The notes beneath the pieces are model-generated. The model did not search any database and was not told the origin of the DNA. It was given only the letters and a program-made list of their open reading frames with translations. From Octopus vulgaris (taxonomy: Eukaryota): a stretch of DNA of 64,000 bases. The translations under genes were made by a program, and so were the position numbers. Positions 40,790 to 54,920 of the stretch are shown here, one piece after another. Positions within the stretch are counted from its first letter, which is position 1. Each line of letters begins with the position of its first letter. The stretch lies in assembly GCA_951406725.2 (NCBI GenBank), contig OX597822.1, positions 69,254,001 through 69,318,000 on the forward strand, in the 5' to 3' direction.

Positions 40790-40970
40790 TGTCTGTGTTT
40801 GTCCCCTCACCATCACTTGATAACCGATGTTGGTGTGTTTACGTTTCTGTCACCTGGCTTCTCGGCAGAATAAGTACTAGGCTTAGAAAGAATAAGTCCT
40901 CGGGTCGATTTGTTCGACTAAAGGCGGTGCTCCACCATGGCCACAGTCAAATGACTGAAACAAAAGTATA
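40790..40970 (+). mobile_element. SINE family B 3' half
   Basis: Matches 61030-61225. Confidence 0.8.
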
Positions 40971-41017
40971 AAGGAACATGTATATACACATATATACATA
41001 ATACATATGTATGTATG

Positions 41018-41074
<57 letters not shown>

Positions 41075-41211
41075 TGACATAGACACAACTTATGCACATA
41101 TGCATTTACAGTATTTGTAACTAAGCATATATACATTTAGCATTTATATTTAAACCTACGTTAAAATGTGTTTGGTAAGTGTGTGTGTGTGTGTGTGTGT
41201 GTGGTGTATAC

Positions 41212-41259
<48 letters not shown>

Positions 41260-41644
41260 ATACCATTGTGTACGTTGTGTTCCGTTGCTTAAATGAAAAA
41301 AGTGCATGGTAAATAAACAAACGACAGGCGCAAAAGTCCCTAATTCTTCATCAGTTATCAATCGATTGGTGATACTCAGTTTTGCAAAATTTTATGATAA
41401 GACTGAGAACTTCCCATATCGGCGGCGGTCACAAAAATTTGCGGAGAATATAGAGCCATATTGTTTTGTTTTGTTTGTGTTAACGTTAAGGATATGCAAA
41501 TAAAGCTCCTATTTCATTATGCCGGCTACCATCTAATGACACTGGCTAGTGACTCAGTTTTTCGTGGTTGCATCAGGGTTATACCGATATAACATAGGAT
41601 AAATATAATAATAACAATAATTCTAGGATGGAATTTATTGTTAT

Positions 41645-41730
<86 letters not shown>

Positions 41731-41788
41731 GTTTTCGTCTTTGCTTACTTTTGTATATGCAGTCCTTTATCATTATATAAGAACCTTA

Positions 41789-42186
41789 GGGCGGCGAGCT
41801 GGCAGAATCGTGAACACGCTAGACAAAATGCTTAGCGGTTTTTCGTCTGCCGCTACGTTCTGAGTTCAAATTCCGCCGAGGTCGACTTTGCCTTTCATCC
41901 TTTCGAGGTCGATTAAATAAGTACCAGTTACGCACTGGGGTCGATATAATCGACTTAATCCCTTTGTCTGTCCTTGTTTGTCCCTTCTGTGCTTAGCCCC
42001 TTGTGGGTAGTAAAGAAATAGGTATTTCGTCTGCCGCTACGTTCTGAGTTCAAATTCCGCCGAGGTCGACTTTGCCTTTCATGCTTTCGGGGTCGATTAA
42101 ATATGTACCAGTTACGCACTGTGGTCGATCTAATCGACTAGACTCCTACCCCCAAAATTTCAGGCCTTGTGCCTATAGTAGAAAGG
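41789..42186 (+). mobile_element. Full-length dimeric SINE family A
   Basis: Head GGCGGCGAGCTGGCAGAATCG, two B-box/core units, TSD ATTATATAAGA (41772-41782 and 42187-42197). Confidence 0.9.
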
Positions 42187-43644
42187 ATTATATAAGAGCA
42201 TTGTGCGTTGCCATCGTGTTAAAACACCTAAACACATTGCAATATACAGAAACTATTGTCATGTTTGTAAAACATTTCTAAGTTTGCTCAAAAGTAAGAC
42301 ATCAGTTACTCTAGATGCCGTGTTTTCAAATTCAACCAGATTCACCGATAATGTTATGAATTACTGCGTTCTATTTATCAGTGGGATTGATCACATATCG
42401 ATGATTCCCGTGACTATGAAAAGATAAATAATTACTTCGATTCTGTTAATTATATCTTGTTATGCCAGAGATGTTACTGATTGATAATTAAGCAGTATAG
42501 TTTCGACATTAGTCAGTTTCGGTATTTAACTTAATAATGTCATATAAAATGGCTATGAAAGGTAGGCAAATGTATGTTGAACTGTATACTGGACATTTAG
42601 TCATTAATATTGTACAATGTTTTGTTATCGAGATTTGGTGGACATTACACGGCATAAGTTACTGGTTTGCAACCGACCCATCACTGCATCACTGCATTTC
42701 TGGCGACGGGAGTCACGAGGGAGTGTATATAATTCGGCGTTGAACAAATTCGGTCTCGAACAAATATCTCAAGGGACTTCGTACGTAAAGCACACATTTG
42801 TTTTGTTTATTTTCGTGACAATCTTTATACCCTCCACATGTACATCAGGGAAAGTTACATATGCACGATCGCATACTCACACACGTACACGCACATACAC
42901 ATACTCACACACGTACACGCAAATACACATACTCACACGTGCATTCATGTGTGTGTATGGTGGTGGTGGGGCTAAGGGACGTGTAATCTTCGTCTATAAA
43001 TCGTGGTTACGAAGTAAAATTCTTAGCTCCACAAGTATCTCTGCGCCTTTAATTAACGATATATTTTTCATATAAATACTAAATAAATTAAACAATGTTT
43101 GTGAAATATAAACGCCATCTGTCTAAAATAATTATTTTATTTATTTTTTGGGGGACATTTTCTATATGAATCTAAAACAAAGCATAAAGTTTTCGAATTC
43201 CATTTTTTATCCAAAAAATATTGCCAGTTTTAAAACATTTTTTTCTTCAGATTACAGAACCAACTGTAACTTGCATTTCTGCTATTTGTCCTAATTTTTT
43301 TCTACACAAGATGCATTTGACATAAGCTACAAACCAGCTAAGAAAACTTCGTTTTCAGAGTTAGGGTTGGGGCTAGAAGTTTTGATGGGAGCATAAGGTT
43401 AGGGCTTAAAGATAGGGCTTAGAGTCAGAGAATCGAGTTAAGATTAGATAAAAACGGAAATGGGAAATAATTGTTAGAAAGAATGAATTTTTAAATTTCT
43501 TTTGTTTTTAGCATTTAATCATAATGTCCAATGTTTAAGATACTCAAATCCGGAAAAAAAAGTTTTTAAAATGCTAAAAAAAGTTACAGCTTCAAAAGCT
43601 TATGGTGGTATGACGCCTCCTGCACAAAACACCAATATACGGTG

Positions 43645-43961
43645 TATATCACCGTGATCACCGTGACCGACCAGGCTATCAAATGTTGCTACGCATCGCT
43701 GGTCACAATGCACTTCGCATTGTTTTAGCCTTAAAATGATGCCACCCCGCTGGCTAAGCGAGAAGGCCAACAGAAGAAAGAGTGAGAGAAAGTAGTGGCG
43801 AAAGAGTACAACAGGGATCGCTACCCCCACCCCTGGCAGAGCCTCGTGGAGCTTTTTAGGTGTTTTCGCTCAATAAACACTCACAATGCCCAGTTTGGGT
43901 ATCGAAACCGCGATCCTACGACCGCGAGTTCGCTGCCCTAATCACTGGGTCACTGTGCCTT
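43645..43961 (-). mobile_element. SINE family C variant with alternative tail
   Basis: Same head as 60224; tail shared with 33305-33420. Confidence 0.85.
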
Positions 43962-44127
43962 TTATTTTAGTATGAGTTACTGAAGTGCAAGTAAAATTTT
44001 AAAATGTCAAAAAATGTACCATGACTACAGATAATATAAACCGTGTTTGGAATTATAATTTTATACCGAATAATAACAATGGCTAAAATTCATTGGATTA
44101 GCGGTTTATTTATATATATATACAAAC

Positions 44128-44158
<31 letters not shown>

Positions 44159-44504
44159 TGTATGTATGTATGTATGTATGTATGTATGTATGTATGTATT
44201 TATATATATGTGCATGCGCATGTTTGTAGGTCTTTGCGTTGTATCTGTGTGCGCATGTGTGTTTGAATGTGTGTTATTGCCAAGAATTTATTCTGTTATA
44301 TAAACATTGTTATAAGTTTCTGTTATTTATTTCCGGTTACCTTTGTTGTTCATGGTGGCTCATAACAGCATTTAGTGGTTGTAACTTATTGTGCGCTTCC
44401 AGCTCCCAACTGGTTAATGCCACAAGCATCGCCACTCTTCTACGCCATGTTACTCCCAGTAGATCGGATGACAACTGCGGTCACCATAAAGAGACATCTC
44501 TTTT

Positions 44505-44880
44505 AGTCTTTTACTTGTTTCAGTCATTTGACTGCGGCCATGCTGGAGCACCCCCTTCAGTCGAGCAAATCGATTCCAGGACTTAATCTTTGTAAGCCTA
44601 GTACTTATTCTATCGGTATCTTTTGCCGAACTGCTAAGTTACGGTGACATAAACACTCCAGACTAAAAAAGTGGCACTTGTGCTGTGCAAGCGCGTATCA
44701 CTATAATCCAAAGATGTACAGGTATAGGCGCAGGAGTGGCCAACCACTTGGTTCCGGGTTCAGTCCCATCAAAGCCTTGTGAGTGGATTTGGTAGACGGA
44801 AACTGAAAGAAGCCCGTAGTATATATGTATATATATGTGTATGTGTGTGTACATGTTTGTGTGTCTGTGTTTGTCAATAA
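44505..44880. mobile_element. Two SINE family B fragments in opposite orientation
   Basis: 44505-44660 is a minus-strand tail; 44722-44880 is a plus-strand head. Confidence 0.75.
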
Positions 44881-45280
44881 CAACCCTAATCTATTAATAG
44901 TCAACACCCATCGACAACTACAAAACTCACGACGTAATTCGAGTCAGTCATTGAAACAAACCTTACCTATCATTCAATGACAACTAGCCGTTCTTAGAAG
45001 TTGTGAAAGCCTTTTTACTAAGGCGTAGGCTTTAAAGAATGCGATATTGGGTGAATATGTTAATATAAGTATCTAAAGCATGGAAGGGACGCATATGTTA
45101 TCGCCATATATGAGACCAGAGCACTCCAAAATATACTACGAATAGTTTCGAGATATTACGTAATATTTTACATCGTTTAATCTTCAGGTGTAAATTCACC
45201 TCAGGGCTGAATTACGTATGATATGACGATAAGTACAAAACAATTCACAATATATCTAGCAAAATATACTACGCTCTGTA

Positions 45281-45444
<164 letters not shown>

Positions 45445-45506
45445 AAGTGGCCAGCGTTAAATAAAACCCTTGTAGGTAATAGTTTATAATTATATTGATC
45501 TCTCTA

Positions 45507-45624
<118 letters not shown>

Positions 45625-45710
45625 TAGATAGATAGATATATGCATATGTATGTATGCATATATGTATGTATACACACACATACACACATACACATACAGG
45701 TAGATAGATA

Positions 45711-45930
45711 TATTTCTTTATTGCCCACAAGAGGCTAAACATAGAGGGGACAGACAAAGGGATTAAGTCAATTACGTAGACTCCAGTGCGTAACTGGTAC
45801 TTAATTTATCGACCCCCGAAAGGATGAAAGGCAAAGTCAACCTCGGCGGAATGTGAACTCACAACGTAACGGCAGACGAAATGCGGCTACGCATTTCGCC
45901 CGGCGTGCTAACGTTTCTGCCAACTCACCC
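45711..45930 (-). mobile_element. SINE family A
   Basis: Head, core and tail on the minus strand. Confidence 0.85.
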
Positions 45931-45939
45931 ATCTACAGG

Positions 45940-46001
<62 letters not shown>

Positions 46002-46024
46002 CGAACACCGAGCAACCTAAGATT

Positions 46025-46580
46025 CAGGAGGCATGGCTATGTGGTTAAAAAGTTTGCTTTGCAGCAATGTGGTTCAGGTTCAGTTCCTCTGTGCAGCATC
46101 TTAGACAAGTATCTTCAACTATAATCCCAAGCCAACCTAACCTGTGAGTGAATTTGATTGACGGAGACTATGCGGAAGCTCATCGTACATATACGTGTAT
46201 GAGTGATTATACCCCGCCATCGCTTGACAGCCGGTGTTGGGTCGTTTACATCCGTGTAACCTTAGCAGTTCGGCAAAATGATGGTTGATTAAGTATTAGA
46301 TTTAAAGGAAAAATTAGTTCTGAGGTTTATTTGTTCCTCTAAACCCCTTCAAGGCGGTACCCCCTGCGTGACTGCAGTCAAGCAGTGGTGCCGCCTTGAA
46401 GGGTTTTAGACTTGTTTCAGTCATTGGACTGCAGCCATGCTGGGCACTAAATTAAAGCCCGCTGCTCAATCTATCATACACTTTTTGCTGAACCGCCAAT
46501 TTAAGAGAACGCAAACAAACCAACAAACCGGTTTTAAAGCAGTGGTCGGAGACAAATACAAACACAGACACACACACAAA
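46025..46580. mobile_element. Diverged SINE family B copies, tail-to-tail
   Basis: Similarity to 60832-61238. Confidence 0.65.
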
Positions 46581-46627
46581 CATACACATACATACATAAT
46601 AATATATACATTCGTGCATATACATAC

Positions 46628-46658
<31 letters not shown>

Positions 46659-46660
46659 CA

Positions 46661-46691
<31 letters not shown>

Positions 46692-46825
46692 TGCCTATCG
46701 ACTACATGCTTCACACTGCAAAATTATATAATTCTAATATATTGAGCCTTCTGGCTTTATTCTTTCCTCTTCCCTCTTCCCTTCGTTTATTTTATTTTAT
46801 TTTATATATTTTTTGTATTTATATT

Positions 46826-46942
46826 CACTCTGATGAAGCTCTGTGTACTAGATCGAATGTGTAATAAAGATGGTGAATGTCATTTTCGAAATTTTCTTTG
46901 TAAGCACCGATTGACATCGGCAGCCGAAACTGCCGTAAGAAA
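46826..46942 (+). ncRNA. Hammerhead-like motif with long stem II insertion
   Basis: CTGATGA 46830-46836 ... GAAAC-tgcc-GTA 46926-46937; gct/agc closes stem II; stem I weak. Confidence 0.45.
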
Positions 46943-47082
46943 TGTTATGTAATGTTAGGTTATGTTTTCTATTGAAAAATAATTAGCCGATGCTGGTCAA
47001 TTTATTTGTTGATCTAAAGTTGTCTCCATTTTCTGCTTATGTAATTGTCTGGTGGACGGAAAATGAAAAGGCCCATTATATA

Positions 47083-47154
<72 letters not shown>

Positions 47155-47567
47155 ATGGCCCATTATATAATATATATATATTATATATAATGGGCCTTTT
47201 CATTTTCCGTCCACCAGATTCACTGACAAGGTTTTGGTCAGTCTAGGGTTTGTTCAAGGTACAACGCAGTGGCACTGAAACCGGAATCATGTGGTTGGGA
47301 AGCAAACTTCCTTAACCACACAATTACACCTGCGCCTACGTATCAATATCTTTAACTAAAAAATATTCTTCTGATTCTATGTTTGCTCATGGTTTTACAG
47401 TAGTTCACATTAGAGCTTATCTCACGCTGTCTTCACTATTCACAGTTCATCTTATTGTCATGAAGCGGTTTTCATTTTCGTTTTATTTGAAATTTAATAT
47501 GCTTGTTTCGCTTTCTCTTTGCCCGCCCCATCTCTCTCACTCTTTTTATCTGCCTCTCTGTTTCTCT

Positions 47568-47628
<61 letters not shown>

Positions 47629-47855
47629 CAAAGACAGAGTTCGCGTGCATGTGTGTATATATGTATAAATACATACTCATATGTGTATATAAATGCTTAT
47701 TTTTATGTATGAATATATAACTGCTTGTATGTATGTGCATGTGCATGTATGTAGTGTGTATGTATATAGGTGTAAAGATGTGTGCATGCACGTATATTTT
47801 AGGTAAATGTATATATGCATATGCATATGCGTATATCCACACACAAATATATGTT

Positions 47856-47912
<57 letters not shown>

Positions 47913-48025
47913 TTACACATACAGTGTTATATGCTTATGTAAACTATTGTACAAATTCACACACATGTAATACATATAGGTAGATACATACATACATAAA
48001 TACATACATATATATAAACATCCAT

Positions 48026-48077
<52 letters not shown>

Positions 48078-48559
48078 TCTCACACTTACGCACACACACG
48101 CACACACATGCTTGATGACACACACATACACACATATATTGCATTCATGAAACCGAGACTTTTGCTCTGCTCTTCTCCCACATTTGATTTTTCGTGTTTA
48201 CTCTGTACTTCCTTGTTAACGCTATTGTTGCTTTTGGGAGTTTCGAAAGAGATGCAGTGGCAGTAGTTGTGACAGGGAAATCCAATAGCGAATACATTGT
48301 AAGCGTATTGTAATAACTATCTAGAATTATGACCTTCTCCCATTATAGGTGACAGTTGACATAACATATTTGCGCAACGCCACCATTTTGGTGTTATATT
48401 GCTAAAGAGGGTGAAACGGTGAGTGAGAGAGGGAGGGAGAGGGAGTGGGGAGAGGGAAAAGGGTAGTTGAGGGTGAGAAAAAGAAGCGGTTGGAGAGGGT
48501 TATGAAGTGGGGAGAAATAAAGGGAATAAAAGATTACAAACTGAGATGCAGCAATAAAC

Positions 48560-48616
<57 letters not shown>

Positions 48617-48618
<2 letters not shown>

Positions 48619-49180
48619 GCCCTGATGCAGTACTAGACAGTGGCTCTCATGGCTCCTGATCTTAACTGATTGGAAGTGTTATCATGTACATTGTTTTGTC
48701 TAGGTATAAAAGATGGGCTACAGCAAATATTCTGCTCAATACCACAGATTTGCTTGTCAGTTGTTTGACCTTAACCAGTTGAGCATGTCCCTTAGTGGCT
48801 GACGATATGCGCATCTCTGATCACGAGCAGAAGTAGTGAAGGAGCATCATAGCCATGTGTTGAGAGGGATTCTTTGGGGTTTGAATAATTCACCTCTGGA
48901 GACACGGGTGTTTCGTTCAACATCCTTAAACAACCCTCATTCAGGTATCTTTTGAGTGGCATGGGTTACTCGACCAGAAGAAAATTGTAACTGGGCCCCA
49001 CCTGCAAGGTGATGTGCTGTTTATCTTGATATGAGATCACCATGTCGCGCACGTATGGTTGTGATGCATGTACCTGGTGTACCCTTATCAGACGGGTAGT
49101 CATGATGGGTATACTGGGCTTCGTGGCTTCGTATATTTTACCCCAGTGTCATTTTGATGGCATGTACTGCTCTCTCACTC
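48617..49180. mobile_element. ~560-bp non-coding element embedded in (TAA)n
   Basis: Sharp boundaries with pure (TAA)n on both sides; no ORF or TIR; family assignment is inference. Confidence 0.55.
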
Positions 49181-49240
<60 letters not shown>

Positions 49241-49426
49241 CCTTCATACTAAAGACACAAGGCCTGAAATTTTAGGGGAAGATAACTAGTCGATTACATC
49301 GACCCCGGTGTTTCACTGGTACTTAATTTATCGACCCTGAAAGGATGAAAAGCAAAATAGCAACAGACGAAATACCGCTAAGCATTTCTCCCGGCGGTGC
49401 TAACGATTCTGCCAGATCGCCGCCTT
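49241..49426 (-). mobile_element. SINE family A within (TAA)n
   Basis: Core and head on the minus strand. Confidence 0.8.
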
Positions 49427-49429
49427 AAT

Positions 49430-49495
<66 letters not shown>

Positions 49496-49496
49496 C

Positions 49497-49830
49497 ACAA
49501 TCAATTCCATGTAGCCACAACAGAAGTTGCTGGAAAAATAGGTAGGATTGGCTGATGAAAGGAACCCTAACAAAAGAGACGGAGAGCTCTATACTGGAAG
49601 CGCAAGACCAAGCTCTGGCCACGAACTGGAGGGTCAACCTCAGGAATGACCAAGTGTCTTCGCTCTGCTACGTCTGTAATAGAGTGGACAAAGCCATTGC
49701 CCATATCACGAACGAATGCCCTACACTTGCCCAAAATCACTACAAGTTGTGGCAACTCGATCAGGTAGCGAAAGTGCTACGTTGGAAACCATGCAGACTC
49801 CTTTCAATAAATTGGCTACCAACCTAGTGC
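49497..49830 (+). mobile_element. R4/Dong LINE fragment (post-RT zinc-knuckle region)
   Basis: WLMKGTLTKETESSILEAQDQALAT...LCYVC...HITNECPTLAQNHYK...DQVAKVLRW. Confidence 0.8.
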
Positions 49831-49944
49831 TGTATTTCCAGGGAAAGGCCTGGTTTCCATCACGTATGTATGTATGTATGTATGTATGTATGTATGTATG
49901 TATGTATGTATGTATGTATGTATGTATGTGTGTGTGTGTGTTTC

Positions 49945-50537
49945 TATTCAGTTTTCTTACCTGTAGAGAAGGGGCCGGTTTCTAACCTAGACCTAAGGGT
50001 CCTTCATTGGAATTTCAACAAGATCAACCGGGTATTTGTGCATGTGTATGCATGTGTATGTATGTAGTATTTGGAGTCAGTGTATATGCAGATTTATGTT
50101 TTATTTCATGTATGTATACATATACATATAGTTTCATGAGTAGCTATGGCCTTTACCATACTGTAGGTTCTTATCACTTTGCTCTTAGTATCATCCTTCT
50201 GACGGATCTCATTACACAGTGTCTTGGCTACAACATTGTCTCATCGGTAGATAATAACACCATGACATTTTTGATAACTGCTTATGATGTGGGTAATATC
50301 TTTGGTGTTAACCCCGCAAAGTCTGCATCGGTTATCAATTTTCGGTGTTTTCCATGCACCTCTGTCCTTTTTGTGCATTAGGCATTTGGTTGCTATTTCT
50401 TGTTCTTGGATTGCAAACGCATACTCTTCAAAGTGACAGTTAGTAATCCGGTTGTTGGTCCATGATAGACTGCTTTGGTGATCAATATCACTGTCATCGC
50501 GGAGCTTTCTATTAACATGTCCATGCATGGTCTTCCG

Positions 50538-50540
<3 letters not shown>
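49945..50540 (-). mobile_element. R4/Dong LINE fragment with internal deletion and 3' UTR (same family as 760-1490)
   Basis: MHGHV...FAIQEQEIATK...CRLCGVNTKDITHIISS; 3' UTR homologous to 1310-1490. Confidence 0.8.
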
Positions 50541-50593
<53 letters not shown>

Positions 50594-51862
50594 AAAAAAA
50601 TGTGACAATATAAAAATTGTGGACTTTCGACTTTAATGAAAACACATCAGATAAATATTAACTTTAAAAATAGATTCATCTGTTTGTAATGGATGTAATG
50701 AAAATTATATTGGCAAAACGTAAAAAATTGTCTTAAGAAACTGATCGATCGAACGATTCTTACATTGAAAAACGGACTGATTAGTCATCGTCAACAAATA
50801 AGAGATACCAGTACTAGACAGATTCATGTGTCTAGTGAACTCCTGCGCAATAAGCAAATTCCAAAAATTTACTTTATTCTGACACAGCCAATAAACAAAT
50901 TAAGAAAAAGAAATTAATACAAATCACGGCTTAATAAGCTATAACGACATATTGGAAAAATACACGAAGATACAACCATGAAATTAAATCCTCAAGCGAT
51001 ATCATTATTGTTCTTCTCTCACATACAAACACAGACAACCGTATCTACACACACACATAGATACATAATTTGCTGTCAACATAGAGACGTGTAACTTACT
51101 GTCATGCGCAGACAAGAAACAGTCTATTTCACTGTTTATAGCTATTCTAACAATCTCAAATCTTTAATTGTTGTTTATATTACCGCATTCATTGGATTAA
51201 CACAGACCTGACTTTTGGCGCAATTATCGCCCATACTTTTCCATTAATTTAATACATGGAGGTCACGCACAATTATTATTCATAATATCACATGACACAT
51301 TCACTGGACTAACACATGCAGTTACCATTCATACAATCACTTAATCCTAATGCACGGACGTCGCAGGTAATGCACGAAATTCTAAGCGTATCTCATGACC
51401 ATCTTCACTCAATCAAACTTTATCTTTTCTGATAGCAACCTTAGCGATAATCTTTCCATAAAAGACACCGAATTTTCAAATTCCAGTCAGAGATTAGTAG
51501 TTACAGCATAGATCTACGTCCATCTACCTCACAAAACTTTTCAAAATCATGACATCGAGAAACCGGTTAAGTTAGTCTAAATAAATGTTCTTAAAAACTC
51601 CAAGTGCAATTTTAACTTCATCCCTTTAACCTGTACTCGTGTGGAAGCTAATTATCTCCTTGTATTTGATTCCAGTGGTTGAACTTGTTCACCTAACGAT
51701 TGTTTGAATACTAATTCATATTAATATTAACAGGGACCATATAAAGTACAATCGTCATTGAATATTTAACTTTTCTATACGTACTTCCGTACTGACTACT
51801 CTGATTCTGTCTTTAAACGCATGCACCCTATCATATATAAAACCATGCATAAATATGAGCCA

Positions 51863-51909
<47 letters not shown>

Positions 51910-52251
51910 TAGAGAGAGAGAGAGAGAGAGAGATAGCTAGATAGATAGATAGATAGATAGATAAAACTTACTTGGAAAAGGATGCGTGGCGTTCGATCAT
52001 ATAATAATATAAATAATAGATAAATATATGAATATATACATACATATATGTACATACCTACATCTATATGTATATATACATGCATACATGGGTACAGGAC
52101 ATCAAAAAACATTGAACACAATGAGAAACGAAAACATAAAAACAAAAACATGGAAACAAACTTTTTTTCAAACAGCGAAAAAACAGAGTACAAGATATAC
52201 AACACAAGGAATATTGCCCTTCTTCAGTTGTCCCTGTTTCGTCTTCTCCGC

Positions 52252-52308
<57 letters not shown>

Positions 52309-52316
52309 TATGTATG

Positions 52317-52354
<38 letters not shown>

Positions 52355-52832
52355 ATTGTATGACGGCGGTTAAAATGACATTATATAAATAACATTGTGG
52401 TTTTAAGTCTTTTGAAAGATGCATAGAAAATTTTATTCTCTCTTTTACAGATTATTTTAAAAGGAATATAAAAACAGATATATTATATTTGAAAATGATT
52501 TCTTGAAACATTCTTTAAGTATGAAGAGGATTTCTTTAAGCAAGACTAATGTCTTTTCTGATAAGCAACAGAGAGAGAAAAAAGAAGAGAAGCGAGTTTG
52601 AAAATTAATGCGATGAAAATATCATCGTTTTGAGCTTAACGGATATAAAATGTCCCGATCCATACCAAAATCATAAATTCTGATAGTGGAATCATAAACG
52701 AACAGACGTAGAGCATTGGATCTCTTCATCGTAGGATTTTCTGTAGCTGCACATTAGTTTCAAGGAACCATATTCCTTGATAGAGAAAAATGAAATATAT
52801 ATCATTATATATTAACATTAAAAGCCTTGCGA

Positions 52833-52907
<75 letters not shown>

Positions 52908-53101
52908 TGTGCATATGTGAACACACGTATGCAAAGTATCATTTATTTACAGATCGACGCACACACATTCATACCTACTCAGACATATATTTGGAATTTT
53001 CTGAATAGGAATCAAAATTCTCATATTTCTAGTTGAAGAAAATTAAAATCTAAGATATTCTTCAAGGTTTAAAAAAACCACCTCGAACAGCTTGTGTCGT
53101 G

Positions 53102-53222
<121 letters not shown>

Positions 53223-53447
53223 CACACACACACGTAAATACTTTTATCTTATATGATAAATAACCTTCCTTAAAGCGTTGATTTCTGTTGCCAGGTCTGG
53301 AGTTATTTTCATAAACAAATTATGTACATGTGTGAGCTTGCGTATATGTGAGTGTGTGTGTATGTATGTATGTATGTATGCATGTATCTGTCCATGTACC
53401 TACCTACCTACTTACCTTCCTACCTACATACCTACATACATACATAC

Positions 53448-53502
<55 letters not shown>

Positions 53503-54157
53503 CCTATTTATCTATCTATCTGTCAGAGTTTCTGTCTGTCTATCTATCGACCTACCTACCGACCTACCTATCTGACTGACTGTCAGTCTATCTCAAACAT
53601 CGCACGAAGCAGCGTTAAATAAATTATATTCGCGTAAAGTCATACTTAATACGTCCGAGCGCACTCGAATGTGTGAAGACCATTCACTGCGGAAATAATC
53701 CCAGGAGAAAACTTTCCTCATAGACAACATGTATGAAAACACATCAGGATGTGAATGAACCACTGGTCGTGCGTTTCTCTGCATTCTTTCTCGTTGTCGG
53801 CCACGAATACCAAGTCTGGTAGTTTCAGTCTGATAAGAACAATTCATTCTTATGTTATAACACATTTCTTAGAACGTGTCAATACCATAAACGTATTCGT
53901 ATCTGGAGAAGATATCGAATATAATTGTAATAATTTTAACGCATTTTAATTTGCATTCATTTTAATTTGTCTGCCCATTTTTTGGGCGTTGTTCAACCAG
54001 CTTTTTCGTTGCCCACCACTCCATTTACACTCCACAATTCCTAGAAGAATGTTTCTTTTCTTTTACGAGGACTCTGGATCTTGTTATATGGTCATACTTT
54101 CTCGGTTTTCTTTTCCTTTACTTTTGTGATCAATGTCATACCTGACGGTTTCACTTA

Positions 54158-54637
54158 CCGTAAATCCTCGAGTATAATCCGCATGTTCCCCCCAAAATGT
54201 AACGGTTAAAATCATTAGTGCGTACTATATACGAGGTTAAAAATGAAAAATATTTTCTAAGCAATGTCCGAGTCTCTATTTACTGTCCGGCAATGTTTAT
54301 TCAGACGCATTTTGTGATGTCGGGCGCGAAAATACCTTAAATCATCCATAACTTGCAGTTAGCAACATTTATTAAACGTTATTACTGTTATTTCTTTATT
54401 TTCTGCAAATAAAATGCACAAAAAAGCTACACGTTTGCATTATGTTATATATACAATAATAACAAAGGACGTTACCGTATACATTTTTACAAACCAAGGA
54501 CGTTATATAGACCTCCTTGACTCAAGTTAGAGAAGGGGTGCGTATTATACACAAAGTTTAGGTTTTTCAGAGGTACAGCCCCCTAAAAATCCTCTGCGTA
54601 TTATACTCAAGAGCGGACTATACTCGAGGATTTACGG
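54158..54637. mobile_element. Tc1/mariner-superfamily (Tc2/pogo-like) MITE
   Basis: 25-bp TIR CCGTAAATCCTCGAGTATA(A/G)TCCGC with 1 mismatch; TA TSD on both sides. Confidence 0.9.
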
Positions 54638-54669
54638 TAACTGCTAATTTCTGATATAATTCAAGTATG

Positions 54670-54920
54670 AGATGCCAAAGGTGATGCGTTAGCATCTCAG
54701 TTCTTCTACCTGCATCTTTGTAACTCTGCAGTGCGAGTCCTTGTCTAGTATGAGTGCAAGAGAAAGTGCCTATACACGTAGGAATCTGATCTTACTATTC
54801 ATGAAGATGTGTCTACGTCTCCATTGTTTGATTAGTACATTGTTGGCAAGGGTCTTGCAAGGATTTCTGCTCTTGATTCTTTAACGTCGATGATTTCTCC
54901 AGCGAATTTGACTTCTGAAT
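54670..54920 (-). mobile_element. RTE-like LINE reverse transcriptase fragment, decayed
   Basis: Minus strand gives WRRRHIFMNSKIRFLR and TAELQR, matching the RTE thumb region. Confidence 0.5.

Noticed and set aside
52090-52252. CTGAAGA and GAAAC motifs on the minus strand of a pLTR-like repeat
   Set aside because: Motif order and stems do not complete a hammerhead in this truncated copy
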